A DNA stretch of 64,000 nt from Deltaproteobacteria bacterium (lineage in GTDB: Bacteria > JAGRBM01 > JAHCIT01): the NCBI GenBank assembly GCA_026129095.1, contig JAHCIT010000006.1, positions 128,235-192,234 on the forward strand, written 5' to 3'. Under the pieces are notes generated by a model. The model was not told the origin of the DNA, searched no databases, and saw nothing but the letters and a program-made list of their open reading frames with translations. The translations under genes and the position numbers were made by a program. Shown here in pieces: positions 1 to 8,954 of the stretch (position 1 is its first letter; every line of letters starts with the position of its first letter).

Positions 1-394
1 CGGTTCCGCCCTCGTCAAACTCTTCCGGGGTGATGCGGGTCCGGTGTTCGGGGGTTTTCGCCGGGATGATCTCCAGATACCGCTCGCCCAGAAGCCCCTT
101 GCTCCGGGCGACCACGCGGGTAGTGTTGTCGATCGGGATATCGCTCCGGACAGAGATCGTCACCCTTGCGAGGCGGCCCTCAAGCTCGATCTTGCGGATC
201 ATGCCGACCTTGACGCCAGCCATGCGGACACCGGTGCTTTCGAACAGGCCCTCGGCCGTGTCCATATAGACGATCACGTCGCTCGTACGGGTGAACGACA
301 TGGGGCGCAATTTCACGGATGCAAAGACGAGCATCGCCAGCGCTGCCGCCGCGAACACCCCCACCTTTACGTTATTGGATAACGACTGCGCCAC
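1..394 (-). CDS. mlaD: MCE/MlaD family lipid-binding protein (3' end runs off the window; not in the supplied ORF track)
   Basis: Manual translation from GTG at 394: MAQSLSNNVKVGVFAAAALAMLVFASV...DTAEGLFESTGVRMAGVKVGMIRKI...KGLLGERYLEIIP. This has an N-terminal TM helix plus MCE motifs, and lies downstream of mlaE/mlaF. Confidence 0.9.
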   Translation of the reverse strand, partial: MAQSLSNNVKVGVFAAAALAMLVFASVKLRPMSFTRTSDVIVYMDTAEGLFESTGVRMAGVKVGMIRKIELEGRLARVTISVRSDIPIDNTTRVVARSKGLLGERYLEIIPAKTPEHRTRITPEEFDEGGT

Positions 395-490
395 CGGCTT
401 CCGCCTTCTTCACGTATCCTGACCATTATAGACCATACCTTGGCCCATAACGGCAACCAGATTTCTTCCGTATCCAGTTATATAGAGGCT

Positions 491-1252
491 TCAGACGGCA
501 ATAGGCCCCGCACGCTGGCCATCCAGGAACTGCCGGACCACCGGATCCCGGGAGGCCTTGAGCTCGTCGGCTGTGCCGGACAGGTGGATTTTCCCCCTGT
601 AAAGCACCGCAATCCGGTCCGCGATCTTGTAGGTCGCCTCGACATCGTGGCTGATGACCACGTTGGTCGTGTGGTATTCGGACTGGAGATCATTGATGAG
701 GGCCATGATCACGTCGGTCATGACGGGATCGAGCCCCGAACTCGGCTCATCCAGCAGCAGGATGCGGGGTCGCAGCACCATCGCCCGTGCCAGTCCGGCC
801 CGCTTGCGCATGCCGCCGGACAGTTCCGATGGCGCCTTGTGCCCCATCCCCTGGAGTCCCACCTGGGCAAGGACTTCCTCCACGCGAGCCTGGACCTCGG
901 CGGCGGACTGGCGGGTGTGCTCGCGCAGAGGAAGCGCCACATTGTCGAACAGGGACATGGAGTCGAGCAGCGCGCCGTCCTGGAACAGGAAACCGAACTT
1001 GAGCCGTATGCGGTACAACTCTTCGCCCGCAAGGCCGGTCACGTCCTCGCCGTCCACCCACACCTTCCCGGCATCGGGCTTGAGGAGTCCGATCATGTGC
1101 TTCAGCATGACGCTTTTCCCGGCGCCGGAAAGCCCCATGATCACGGTGGTCTGCCGGGGTTCGATTTCAAGATCGAGACTGTCCAGCACGGTCTGCGCGC
1201 CGAACCGCTTGCTGACTTCCTCCATCCGGATGATGGGGCCGGAACTGCTCAT
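491..1252 (-). CDS. mlaF: MlaF/Mkl ABC transporter ATP-binding protein
   Basis: Walker A GLSGAGKS, signature LSGGMRKRAGLARA, LLLDEPSSGLDP. The ATG at 1252 overlaps the mlaE stop (ATGA), so the 1447 start in the track is too long. Confidence 0.93.
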   Translation of the reverse strand: MSSSGPIIRMEEVSKRFGAQTVLDSLDLEIEPRQTTVIMGLSGAGKSVMLKHMIGLLKPDAGKVWVDGEDVTGLAGEELYRIRLKFGFLFQDGALLDSMSLFDNVALPLREHTRQSAAEVQARVEEVLAQVGLQGMGHKAPSELSGGMRKRAGLARAMVLRPRILLLDEPSSGLDPVMTDVIMALINDLQSEYHTTNVVISHDVEATYKIADRIAVLYRGKIHLSGTADELKASRDPVVRQFLDGQRAGPIAV

Positions 1253-2046
1253 GAGCGCGAACCGCCAATACCGAGATTCAGCAGCAACGACGTGATGAAA
1301 TAGTCGCCCACCAGTACCAGCACCGAGGCGGTAACGACCGATCGCGTGGTCGAACGCCCGACCCCCCGGGCGCCGCCCGTCGTGAAGAACCCCACATAGC
1401 AGCCGACCGTCGCGAGCGTGAACCCGAAGATCGTCGACTTGATCCACATGTTGTTCAGGTCACCCATGTCGATCAGCTCGATGACATTCTGCCACCAGCC
1501 GCCCGGCGATATGTTCAGTATGACCGTGGAAACGAAGTAGCTGCCCACGCCGCCCACAAACACGAAAATGAGCGTCAGCACCGGAACCACCAGTGTCGTG
1601 GCGATGACGCGGGGAACGACGAGATATTTCACCGGGTCGATGCCCATGGCCCCCAGCGCATCGATCTGCTCGGTAACGCGCATGGTGCCCAGTTCTGCTG
1701 CCATGGCGCTGCCACAGCGGCCTGTCACCATCAGGGCCGTCAGCACCGGCCCCAGTTCGCGCACCAGGGCGAGCATGGTGGCGCCCCCGATGAGTCCTTC
1801 AGCGCCAAACCGCTGGAATGCGCTCCCCAACTGGAGGGAAAATACCATCCCGGTAAAAAGGCTGGTCAGCAGGATAATGACCGACGAATTGACACCGACG
1901 CCTACTGCCTGCTCGATGATCATGTGGACCCGGAACGGACGGCGGAAGGCCATCGTGATGCTCGCCCCGCACATCCGCCCGTACCGGCCGAGTGTTTCCA
2001 GCAGGTAGAGGATATATCCGCCCAGTGCGTCCAGTGCCGCCAGCAT
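1249..2046 (-). CDS. mlaE: MlaE ABC transporter permease
   Basis: VRELGPVLTALMVTGRCGSAMAAELGTMRVTEQIDAL...DPVKYLVVPR, GGARGVGRSTTRSVV. Confidence 0.95.
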   Translation of the reverse strand: MLAALDALGGYILYLLETLGRYGRMCGASITMAFRRPFRVHMIIEQAVGVGVNSSVIILLTSLFTGMVFSLQLGSAFQRFGAEGLIGGATMLALVRELGPVLTALMVTGRCGSAMAAELGTMRVTEQIDALGAMGIDPVKYLVVPRVIATTLVVPVLTLIFVFVGGVGSYFVSTVILNISPGGWWQNVIELIDMGDLNNMWIKSTIFGFTLATVGCYVGFFTTGGARGVGRSTTRSVVTASVLVLVGDYFITSLLLNLGIGGSRS

Positions 2047-2049
2047 GAC

Positions 2050-3183
2050 CTATCGTGCCATTCCCGTGTGCACCCGGGCCACCCGGCGCGACACATTGCA
2101 GAAGATTTCGTACGGAATGGTCCCGAGCCAGTCGGCCCATTCCTCCACCGTGACCGACACTTCGCCGTCCCGGCCGATCAGCACAGCCTCCAGTCCCGGC
2201 CGGGCTTCCGGAATCCCGGTGACGTCCACCGCCACCAGATCCATTGATACACGCCCGGCCAGCGGCGCACGGCGGCCAGCCACGGCAACGTATCCCCGGT
2301 TCGAGAGCGCACGGCTGAATCCGTCGGCGTAACCGGCAGCCAGCACGGCGATGCGGGAATCCTGGCTGGCGGTCCAGGTTCCGCCATAACCCACGGTTTC
2401 GCCCGCCTTCACGGCCTTCACCTGCCGGATCCGCGCCTTCCAGGTGAAAGCCGGTTCCAGTTGCACAAGCGTTCGTGTCGCATCGGTCATGTGCGCTCCG
2501 TACAGCATGATCCCGGGCCGGACGAGATCGTGCCGGGCCGCAGGGATGAGCAGCGCCCCTGCTGAGTTACACAGGTGGCGCAGCAGCCGCCGCCCCAGCT
2601 TCGCCTCACAGAGGGCGGCGGCCTCGCTGAAACGCTCCAGCTGGAGCCGGGTGAGTTCGCCCGCCGGTTCCTCGGCCGAGGCGAAATGGCTCATGACGCC
2701 ATCCACCTCGACCCCCTCGCAGGCGACGAGCTGATCCAGAAGCGGCTCCAGTTCATCCATCCCGATACCGAGCCGGTGCATGCCGGTATCGATCTTGAGG
2801 TGTATCTGCACCGGCCGGTTCCACTTGCGGCCCTCCTCATTCAGAAACGCGATCATCTCGGCCGAACAGGCCGCCACGTGTATGCGGAACTCCCGGGCCG
2901 CTTCGGCCTCCTCCAGCTCCACGCCGCCCAGCAGCAGGATCGGCGCCTGGATGCCGGACATGCGGAGTTCCACCGCTTCCTCCAGCCGGGCGACACCGAG
3001 CCATTCAGCCCCGGCGCCAACCAGCGTCCGGGCCACGGGAACCGCGCCATGTCCATAAGCATCGGCCTTTACCACGCCCATGACCGCCACGTCGGGACCG
3101 AACTGCTCGCGCAGGCGATGATAGTTGTTCAGGATCGCCCGAAGGTTCACTTCGACATGGGTGGGGCGGCTCTGTTCATCCAT
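2050..3183 (-). CDS. alr: Alanine racemase
   Basis: VVKADAYGHG (PLP lysine), HLKIDTGMHRLG, GYADG, GRVSMD, GTIPYE. Start placed at MDEQSRPT. Confidence 0.96.
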   Translation of the reverse strand: MDEQSRPTHVEVNLRAILNNYHRLREQFGPDVAVMGVVKADAYGHGAVPVARTLVGAGAEWLGVARLEEAVELRMSGIQAPILLLGGVELEEAEAAREFRIHVAACSAEMIAFLNEEGRKWNRPVQIHLKIDTGMHRLGIGMDELEPLLDQLVACEGVEVDGVMSHFASAEEPAGELTRLQLERFSEAAALCEAKLGRRLLRHLCNSAGALLIPAARHDLVRPGIMLYGAHMTDATRTLVQLEPAFTWKARIRQVKAVKAGETVGYGGTWTASQDSRIAVLAAGYADGFSRALSNRGYVAVAGRRAPLAGRVSMDLVAVDVTGIPEARPGLEAVLIGRDGEVSVTVEEWADWLGTIPYEIFCNVSRRVARVHTGMAR

Positions 3184-3306
3184 AAGGGGAGTTGGAGGCG
3201 AGTCTACCACCCGCCGGACGAGAAACAATTTGCGGGAAGCGCGGCCGATTATCCAATTCATTCCCCACCGGCCCCCGGCTAGACTGTTTCCAGGACAGCT
3301 TTTCCG

Positions 3307-5430
3307 ATGCTTATGGAAGGAGCGCGGCGGCTCGTGCGGGCACTCGTGATCACCGGCAACACACGGCTTTCGGCCAAGCTGGCCGAAGTCCTGCGGACGC
3401 TTCCCGCAGAGGTGGACGAGCGCGGCGACGGAGAAACCGCCCTGCACGCATTCGGCTCGAACTCCTACCAGCTGGTCGTCACCGACCTGATGCTCACCAA
3501 GGTGAGCGGTTCCGAACTGATCCGGAAAATCCGGGGCACCGAACAGGGCCAGACTGTTCCCATCCTGTTCATGAGTGCGCCGCTCAAGGACAAGGAACTC
3601 CCGGCCCGCATGGCCCGGAGTCTCCGGATCGGTCCCTATCTCCAGATGCCGTTCCCCTTCGACCGGTTCCTGTCCGCGGCGAAGCAGGCGGTGAGCCAAA
3701 ACGGACGGTCAGCGGCTCCTGCAACAGGCAACCCGGCCCCAGCCGCCGCGCCGGTTCCGCCAACGGGCCCCGGCGGGCCAAGGACTTTCCGGTGGGGATC
3801 CAAGGCTACGGGCGGGTTCGCATCCTTTGAAGATGTCATGCACGCCCTCCGGCAGGAGGGATTCACGGGCAAGGGCCGGCTCCTGGGCGGCGGGAAGATC
3901 ATCACAGTCAATTTCCAGAACGGCCTTCCACACGCGGAGTTTACCGGCGCGGGACACCCCCTGATCGATGATCTGCTGAAGGAGCAGCTTCTCACCGATT
4001 CCGAGGCCGCCGCCCTCCGCCGCGTGGCGCCACCCGCCGAGGTTGAACGCCTGATCACCGGAGCGGGAGTCCTCACACCCGGCGATCTCGCCCGCCGCAG
4101 GGCGGAATATCTCGGCGTCAGGCTGAGCGAGGTCATGCGCTGGCCCGACGGCGCACTTACCGCCGAGAGCCGGGCCGATGCATCCGGGGCCGAAGGCCGC
4201 TACGGCGAGGTCGCCATCGCCCATGCCATCGCCCATGACGTGAAGGCGACCACCAATCCGCTCAAGCTCGCCACGCTTCAGAACCAGCTCAAGGGCACCT
4301 GGTTTGCCCCCGCGAAGGAACTCAAGCATTTCGCCCGGCTTCTGCCATTCACGAGCGAGGAGGAAGGCGTTGTCGATGCACTTCGCGAACCCTGCAAGCC
4401 GGAATATCTGGCCAGGCTCACTCGCCAGCCCGAAGACGCATGGAACGTGATTCGCGTGTTGCTGGCACTCCGGCTCGTCACCCGGCACTCGCAGCAACCG
4501 TCCGCCGCCGAGACCTTTCCCCTTGCCTTCCGTTCCATGCACAAGCGCGCGGCAACCGGAGCGGCTGCAGGCACCGGCGACAGTTCCGTTGAACTGATCG
4601 ACCTCAGCGGTGATCTCGCCGAGGAACTCGACGACTTCGTCACCGATCTCAGGGACAAGGGCGGTGAAGCCGCCCAGCAGATGGCCCAGGCCGGTACCGG
4701 CGACGCCCAGCGGCAGCTCGAAAACGAGCTGTTCGATGAACTGGAAAAGGTGAAGAAGCGCAACTACTACGAAATGCTCGGGACGAAGAAAAACGGCTTC
4801 AAGTTCCAGGATGCCAAGAAAACCTACTTCGACCTCCAGCGCAAGTTTTCCCCCGACAAGTTCATCATGTCATCGGGCGAGGTGATGTCGAAGGCGCAGG
4901 AACTGCTGGAAAAACTCTCGGCCGCGTTCGAGACGCTCTCCGACGTCCAGAAAAAACAGGCCTATGACCAGAAGCTCTCGAACCAGCAGATGCTGCAGGG
5001 TACCGGTGGCACCGGAGGCAAGGAGCTTCAGGCCGACGTCGCCTTCCAGAGCGGGCTCGCACTCATGGTGTCCGAGGAATGGGACTCGGCAATCCGGCAG
5101 TTTGAGATCGCCCGCCAGATCAAGCCTGGCGTCGCGCTCCATGAGGCAAGCCACGCCTGGGCCATGTACAATTCACCCAAACACCGGAAGAACGCCGTCT
5201 CGCTCGCGGAAGCCAAGAAGATGCTCAACTCGGTCTGCGTCCGCGACCCCCGGTGCGCGCCCGCATTCACCTACCGCGCCTGGATGCTGCTCGATGATGG
5301 CAAGCTGGACCTCGCCGCCATGGAGTTCGGCAAGGCGCTCCGGATCGACCCGAATCTGCGCCACGCCAGGCAGGGCCTCGACAAGGTGGAAATGCTGCGC
5401 AAAGGCCAGAAAAAAGGGCTGTTCGGATAG
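3307..5430 (+). CDS. Multidomain protein: atypical receiver domain, central DUF4388-like region, J-domain (SPD instead of HPD), C-terminal TPRs
   Basis: N-terminal VVTDLMLTKVSGSELIRKIR...PILFMSA; NYYEMLG...QRKFSPDKF...AFETLSD; TPR-like helices ending ALRIDP. Confidence 0.8.
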   Translation: MLMEGARRLVRALVITGNTRLSAKLAEVLRTLPAEVDERGDGETALHAFGSNSYQLVVTDLMLTKVSGSELIRKIRGTEQGQTVPILFMSAPLKDKELPARMARSLRIGPYLQMPFPFDRFLSAAKQAVSQNGRSAAPATGNPAPAAAPVPPTGPGGPRTFRWGSKATGGFASFEDVMHALRQEGFTGKGRLLGGGKIITVNFQNGLPHAEFTGAGHPLIDDLLKEQLLTDSEAAALRRVAPPAEVERLITGAGVLTPGDLARRRAEYLGVRLSEVMRWPDGALTAESRADASGAEGRYGEVAIAHAIAHDVKATTNPLKLATLQNQLKGTWFAPAKELKHFARLLPFTSEEEGVVDALREPCKPEYLARLTRQPEDAWNVIRVLLALRLVTRHSQQPSAAETFPLAFRSMHKRAATGAAAGTGDSSVELIDLSGDLAEELDDFVTDLRDKGGEAAQQMAQAGTGDAQRQLENELFDELEKVKKRNYYEMLGTKKNGFKFQDAKKTYFDLQRKFSPDKFIMSSGEVMSKAQELLEKLSAAFETLSDVQKKQAYDQKLSNQQMLQGTGGTGGKELQADVAFQSGLALMVSEEWDSAIRQFEIARQIKPGVALHEASHAWAMYNSPKHRKNAVSLAEAKKMLNSVCVRDPRCAPAFTYRAWMLLDDGKLDLAAMEFGKALRIDPNLRHARQGLDKVEMLRKGQKKGLFG

Positions 5431-5505
5431 GCAAGCCATGCACCTTCCGTTCCAGACCTTCTATCGTTGCAATGCCGCGGTTGCTTTGCCTACGGAGGCC
5501 CGTCC

Positions 5506-6228
5506 CTGATTTCCATCGTGATACCCGCCTATAACGAGGAAGCACGGTTGCCCCCGACGCTGGACAGCTTCCTCAGCCATTTCCGCCAGCGCGGGGAACC
5601 GTTCGAGATCATCGTCGTCAGCGACGGCTCCACCGACGGCACAGCCCGCGTGGTTAAAGAGCGTATAAAGTCTGCACCCGAGCTGCACCTCATCGAGCAG
5701 TCACCAAACCAGGGCAAGGGGGCGGCCGTGAAAACGGGGCTGCTGGCGGCACGCGGCGACATCTGGCTGTTCAGTGATGCTGACGAATCGACCCCGGCAG
5801 ACGATTTTGAAAGCCTCAAGTCCGCCCTTGATGCCGGTGCTGATTTTGTCATGGGCTCCCGCGCCATTCGTGGCGCGAAGCTGGAAGTCCGCCAGTCGCT
5901 GCCACGCGAACTGCTGGGCCGGTGCTTCAATCTCGTCGTGCGCCTGATTCTCTGGGTGCCGTTCCACGACACGCAGTGCGGCTTCAAGGCGTTCCGTGCC
6001 CGGACGATGCGGCCCGTGATCGAACGGCTTCAAACGCCGCACTTCGGCTTCGATTTCGAGATCGTCCACCGGACGCAAAAGGCGGGACTGAAGATCGCCG
6101 AAGTCCCTGTCCGCTGGCGCGACCGGGCCGGAAGCAAGGTGAACGTGCTGCGCGACGGCATCATCATGGTGATGAGCCTGTTCAGGGTCCGCCGGCTGGT
6201 AGCCCGTGACCTCCGGGGCGGTACCTGA
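5506..6228 (+). CDS. GT2 polyprenyl-phosphate glycosyltransferase (DPG/DPM synthase-like)
   Basis: ISIVIPAYNEE, DGSTDGT, NQGKGAAV, DAD, DTQCGFKAF. Start placed at CTG 5506 behind GGAGG (the track uses TTG 5467). Confidence 0.9.
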   Translation: MISIVIPAYNEEARLPPTLDSFLSHFRQRGEPFEIIVVSDGSTDGTARVVKERIKSAPELHLIEQSPNQGKGAAVKTGLLAARGDIWLFSDADESTPADDFESLKSALDAGADFVMGSRAIRGAKLEVRQSLPRELLGRCFNLVVRLILWVPFHDTQCGFKAFRARTMRPVIERLQTPHFGFDFEIVHRTQKAGLKIAEVPVRWRDRAGSKVNVLRDGIIMVMSLFRVRRLVARDLRGGT

Positions 6229-8954
6229 TGGAAACGGAACCCGGCGGAGCCGGACCGCCTGCCATGCAGCCGGCCGAGTTCGAGTCCATGGCCTCTGTCG
6301 AAGACCGTCACTGGTGGTTTCTCGGCAAGCGTTCGATCGTCATGCACCTGCTCAGGAAGGCGGGGGTCAGCGGTAAAATCCTCGACGCCGGTTGCGGAAC
6401 GGGCGGGAATCTTCCCCAACTCTCCGCCCTTGGCGAGGCTGTCGGCGCCGAGCCCAATCCGCTGGCATTCAAACTGGCGCAGCAGAAGTTCTCCGGAACG
6501 ATCGTCCAGGCGGAGCTGACCAATCTCCCCTTTCCTGACGGTGAATTTGGAGGCGCCATCACAACGGACGTCATGGAGCACGTCGCCGATGACCGGGCAG
6601 CGCTCGCCGAACTGACGCGGGTTCTGAAACCGGGCGGCACGCTCATCCTCACCGTGCCGGCACATCCCTTCATGTGGTCCGGCCATGACGTGGCCTTGGG
6701 TCACGTACGCCGCTACACGCTGCAGGGGTTCCGCGAACTGATGCGGTCGCAGCCGGAGCTGGAACTGGAAACTCTCTCTTACTTCAATGCCGTCTCGTTT
6801 CCCTTCGCGGCACTGCAGCGGTGGATCCGTGGCCGCCGGGAGCGGGCTCAGGGGTATCCCGATCTCGTTACCGATACCGCTTCCGTTCCGGCGGCTCCAG
6901 TGAACTGGATCGCCAGTCAGCTCTTTGCGGCCGAACGGTTCCTCCTTGGCTGGTTTCAGGTGCCGATGGGCGTTTCGATCATGGCCATCTTCCGCAAGAA
7001 GGAACCATCCGCGCCACCCCGCGAACTGCCAGAACCACTGACCCTGGGGAGTCTCCTTCTGGCGGCCCTGGGGCTTATTCTCGTTTCGCTTCCCTCCTTT
7101 ACAGGAGAGTGGCTCGACGGACACGAAGGCCCCTCCTACCTGTTCCGGCTGGCGGAGTTTCACCAGATGCTCGCCCAGGGCGAGTGGTACCCGCGCTGGA
7201 TGCCGGACTTCTACTGGGGGTACGGCTACCCGATCTTTGTTTTCTACTCGCCGGGCCTGTTTTTCGCGGGCAGCTTTCTGATGGAACTGGGCGCAAGCCC
7301 CATCTCCGCCCTGCATGCGCTCGTGGTGCTCAGTCACCTGCTGTTTTTGGCCGGCAGCTACCAGTTTGCCTCCCGCTTCACGCCGTCGCGGCCGGTTGCA
7401 CTGGCGGGAGCGACCATCGCTGCTCTCACCCACTACCGTTTCGTCCAGCCGTATATCCGGGCCGACCTCAGCGAGACGTTCGCCACGTCGTTCGTTCCAT
7501 GGGCACTGGCGGAAGCGGTCACGCTGGGACGCGGCTGGAACCACCGGGCATTTGTCCGGCTCGGTGTCTTCCTGGCCCTTGCCTGGTATTCCCACACACT
7601 GACCGGCTTTGCCCTGTCGGCCGCAATGCTCGTCATGGGCATTTACCAGCTGATACGCAGCCACTGGCGGGCATTTTTCAGAATTGGTCTCGCATCCTGG
7701 CTGGGGATGGGTCTGGCCGCCGTCTACTGGATGCCGGCTTCCCTCGAACGGCCCCATGTCAGCACCGAGCGGATGATCGAGGCTGATCACAATGGCGCAG
7801 AGATCGCCGACCATTTCGTCTATCCCCTCCAGCGCCTGAAGCCCGATTTTTACTACGGTGATTCCATACCCGGTGACGGCGACAGGATGTCCTTTGCAAC
7901 CTCCTGGGTATTCTGGCTGTTACTGGTGTCAATGCTGTTCTGGATGACCTCGGAACCCGGCTGGCGGAAAAGGGCGGGCCCCCTGCTGCTGGCCTGGGGA
8001 CTGATCAACTTCCTGATGATGAACGTCAGCAGACCCGTATGGGCCGCGCTACCGCTGATCGAGTTTTTCCAGTTCCCCTGGCGCCTCCTGCTAATAGATG
8101 CGGCCGTCATCGCACCAATTGCCGCACTTGCGCTGCACCGTCTCGCCCAGAAGCCGCTGAATCCCGCCATGACCGCCGCCGTCATCGCCGCCGCCCTCGG
8201 ACTATTCGCCTGGCAGTTCAGTATTGTCGTCCATAACGAATATTTCGACACACTCGTCGGCCGCTATGCTGGTCGCACGAAAATCGGCTGGTACTGGCCA
8301 TTGGCGATCGTGCTCGTGACGGGCGCCTATCTCGTCGTGTTTTCCCTGCTCTCCGCCCTTCGCGCGCCAGTCAAACTGGCCGCAGCAGCGGCCGTATTGT
8401 TCGCCATTCCGATGGCTGCCTCCACCTCCATGCGGGCCATGTACAACGGAGCGAGATTCGACCCCGGCCTGCTTGCCACGCTCGACAACCCGGCTGAAAT
8501 GCAGCGGTACGGACTGGTTCTTCCCACGGGAGAGATCATCCCGGTAAAAACGGCCGCACAAGACGAATATCTTCCCAGGACGGCGAACGTCCCCCGCGAC
8601 CGGCCGCCGGAACTCCCCGCCCGCATGCTGACGGGCAGCGGAATGGCCGTTCCCCTCTACCAGCGGGGCGATCTCCGGCACTATCGCGCAAAAATCGCCG
8701 AACCGGGCGTCCTTGAACTCGCCTATTTCTACTATCCCGGTGTGGAGGCATCTCTGAACGGGCTTCCCGCAGCCATCGCCATCAGTGAGCGCGGCCTCGT
8801 CTCGCTGGAGGTTCCTGCCGGTGAGCACCAGATCGACGTCTGGTACGGTTCCACGCCCGCGCAGGACGGTGGCGCGCTGGCTTCCATTCTGGCCCTGATT
8901 CTGGCCATCGCCATCTGGCAATGGGGCGGGAAGAAGAATGTCCGGTCCGCCTGA
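6228..8954 (+). CDS. Fusion of a class I SAM methyltransferase and a PTPS-related/YfhO-like multi-pass (GT-C-type) membrane protein
   Basis: Residues ~1-255: EDRHWWF, ILDAGCGTG, DVMEH, LKPGG, HD..LGHVRRY. Remainder: YPRWMPDFYWGYGYPIF.FY, RADLSE, QFPWR, DEYLP, and many TM segments. Confidence 0.85.
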   Translation: METEPGGAGPPAMQPAEFESMASVEDRHWWFLGKRSIVMHLLRKAGVSGKILDAGCGTGGNLPQLSALGEAVGAEPNPLAFKLAQQKFSGTIVQAELTNLPFPDGEFGGAITTDVMEHVADDRAALAELTRVLKPGGTLILTVPAHPFMWSGHDVALGHVRRYTLQGFRELMRSQPELELETLSYFNAVSFPFAALQRWIRGRRERAQGYPDLVTDTASVPAAPVNWIASQLFAAERFLLGWFQVPMGVSIMAIFRKKEPSAPPRELPEPLTLGSLLLAALGLILVSLPSFTGEWLDGHEGPSYLFRLAEFHQMLAQGEWYPRWMPDFYWGYGYPIFVFYSPGLFFAGSFLMELGASPISALHALVVLSHLLFLAGSYQFASRFTPSRPVALAGATIAALTHYRFVQPYIRADLSETFATSFVPWALAEAVTLGRGWNHRAFVRLGVFLALAWYSHTLTGFALSAAMLVMGIYQLIRSHWRAFFRIGLASWLGMGLAAVYWMPASLERPHVSTERMIEADHNGAEIADHFVYPLQRLKPDFYYGDSIPGDGDRMSFATSWVFWLLLVSMLFWMTSEPGWRKRAGPLLLAWGLINFLMMNVSRPVWAALPLIEFFQFPWRLLLIDAAVIAPIAALALHRLAQKPLNPAMTAAVIAAALGLFAWQFSIVVHNEYFDTLVGRYAGRTKIGWYWPLAIVLVTGAYLVVFSLLSALRAPVKLAAAAAVLFAIPMAASTSMRAMYNGARFDPGLLATLDNPAEMQRYGLVLPTGEIIPVKTAAQDEYLPRTANVPRDRPPELPARMLTGSGMAVPLYQRGDLRHYRAKIAEPGVLELAYFYYPGVEASLNGLPAAIAISERGLVSLEVPAGEHQIDVWYGSTPAQDGGALASILALILAIAIWQWGGKKNVRSA

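Noticed and set aside
3184-3699. N-terminal extension of alr (549-aa ORF)
   Set aside because: It overlaps the divergent receiver gene, and Alr homology begins at RPTHVEVNL.
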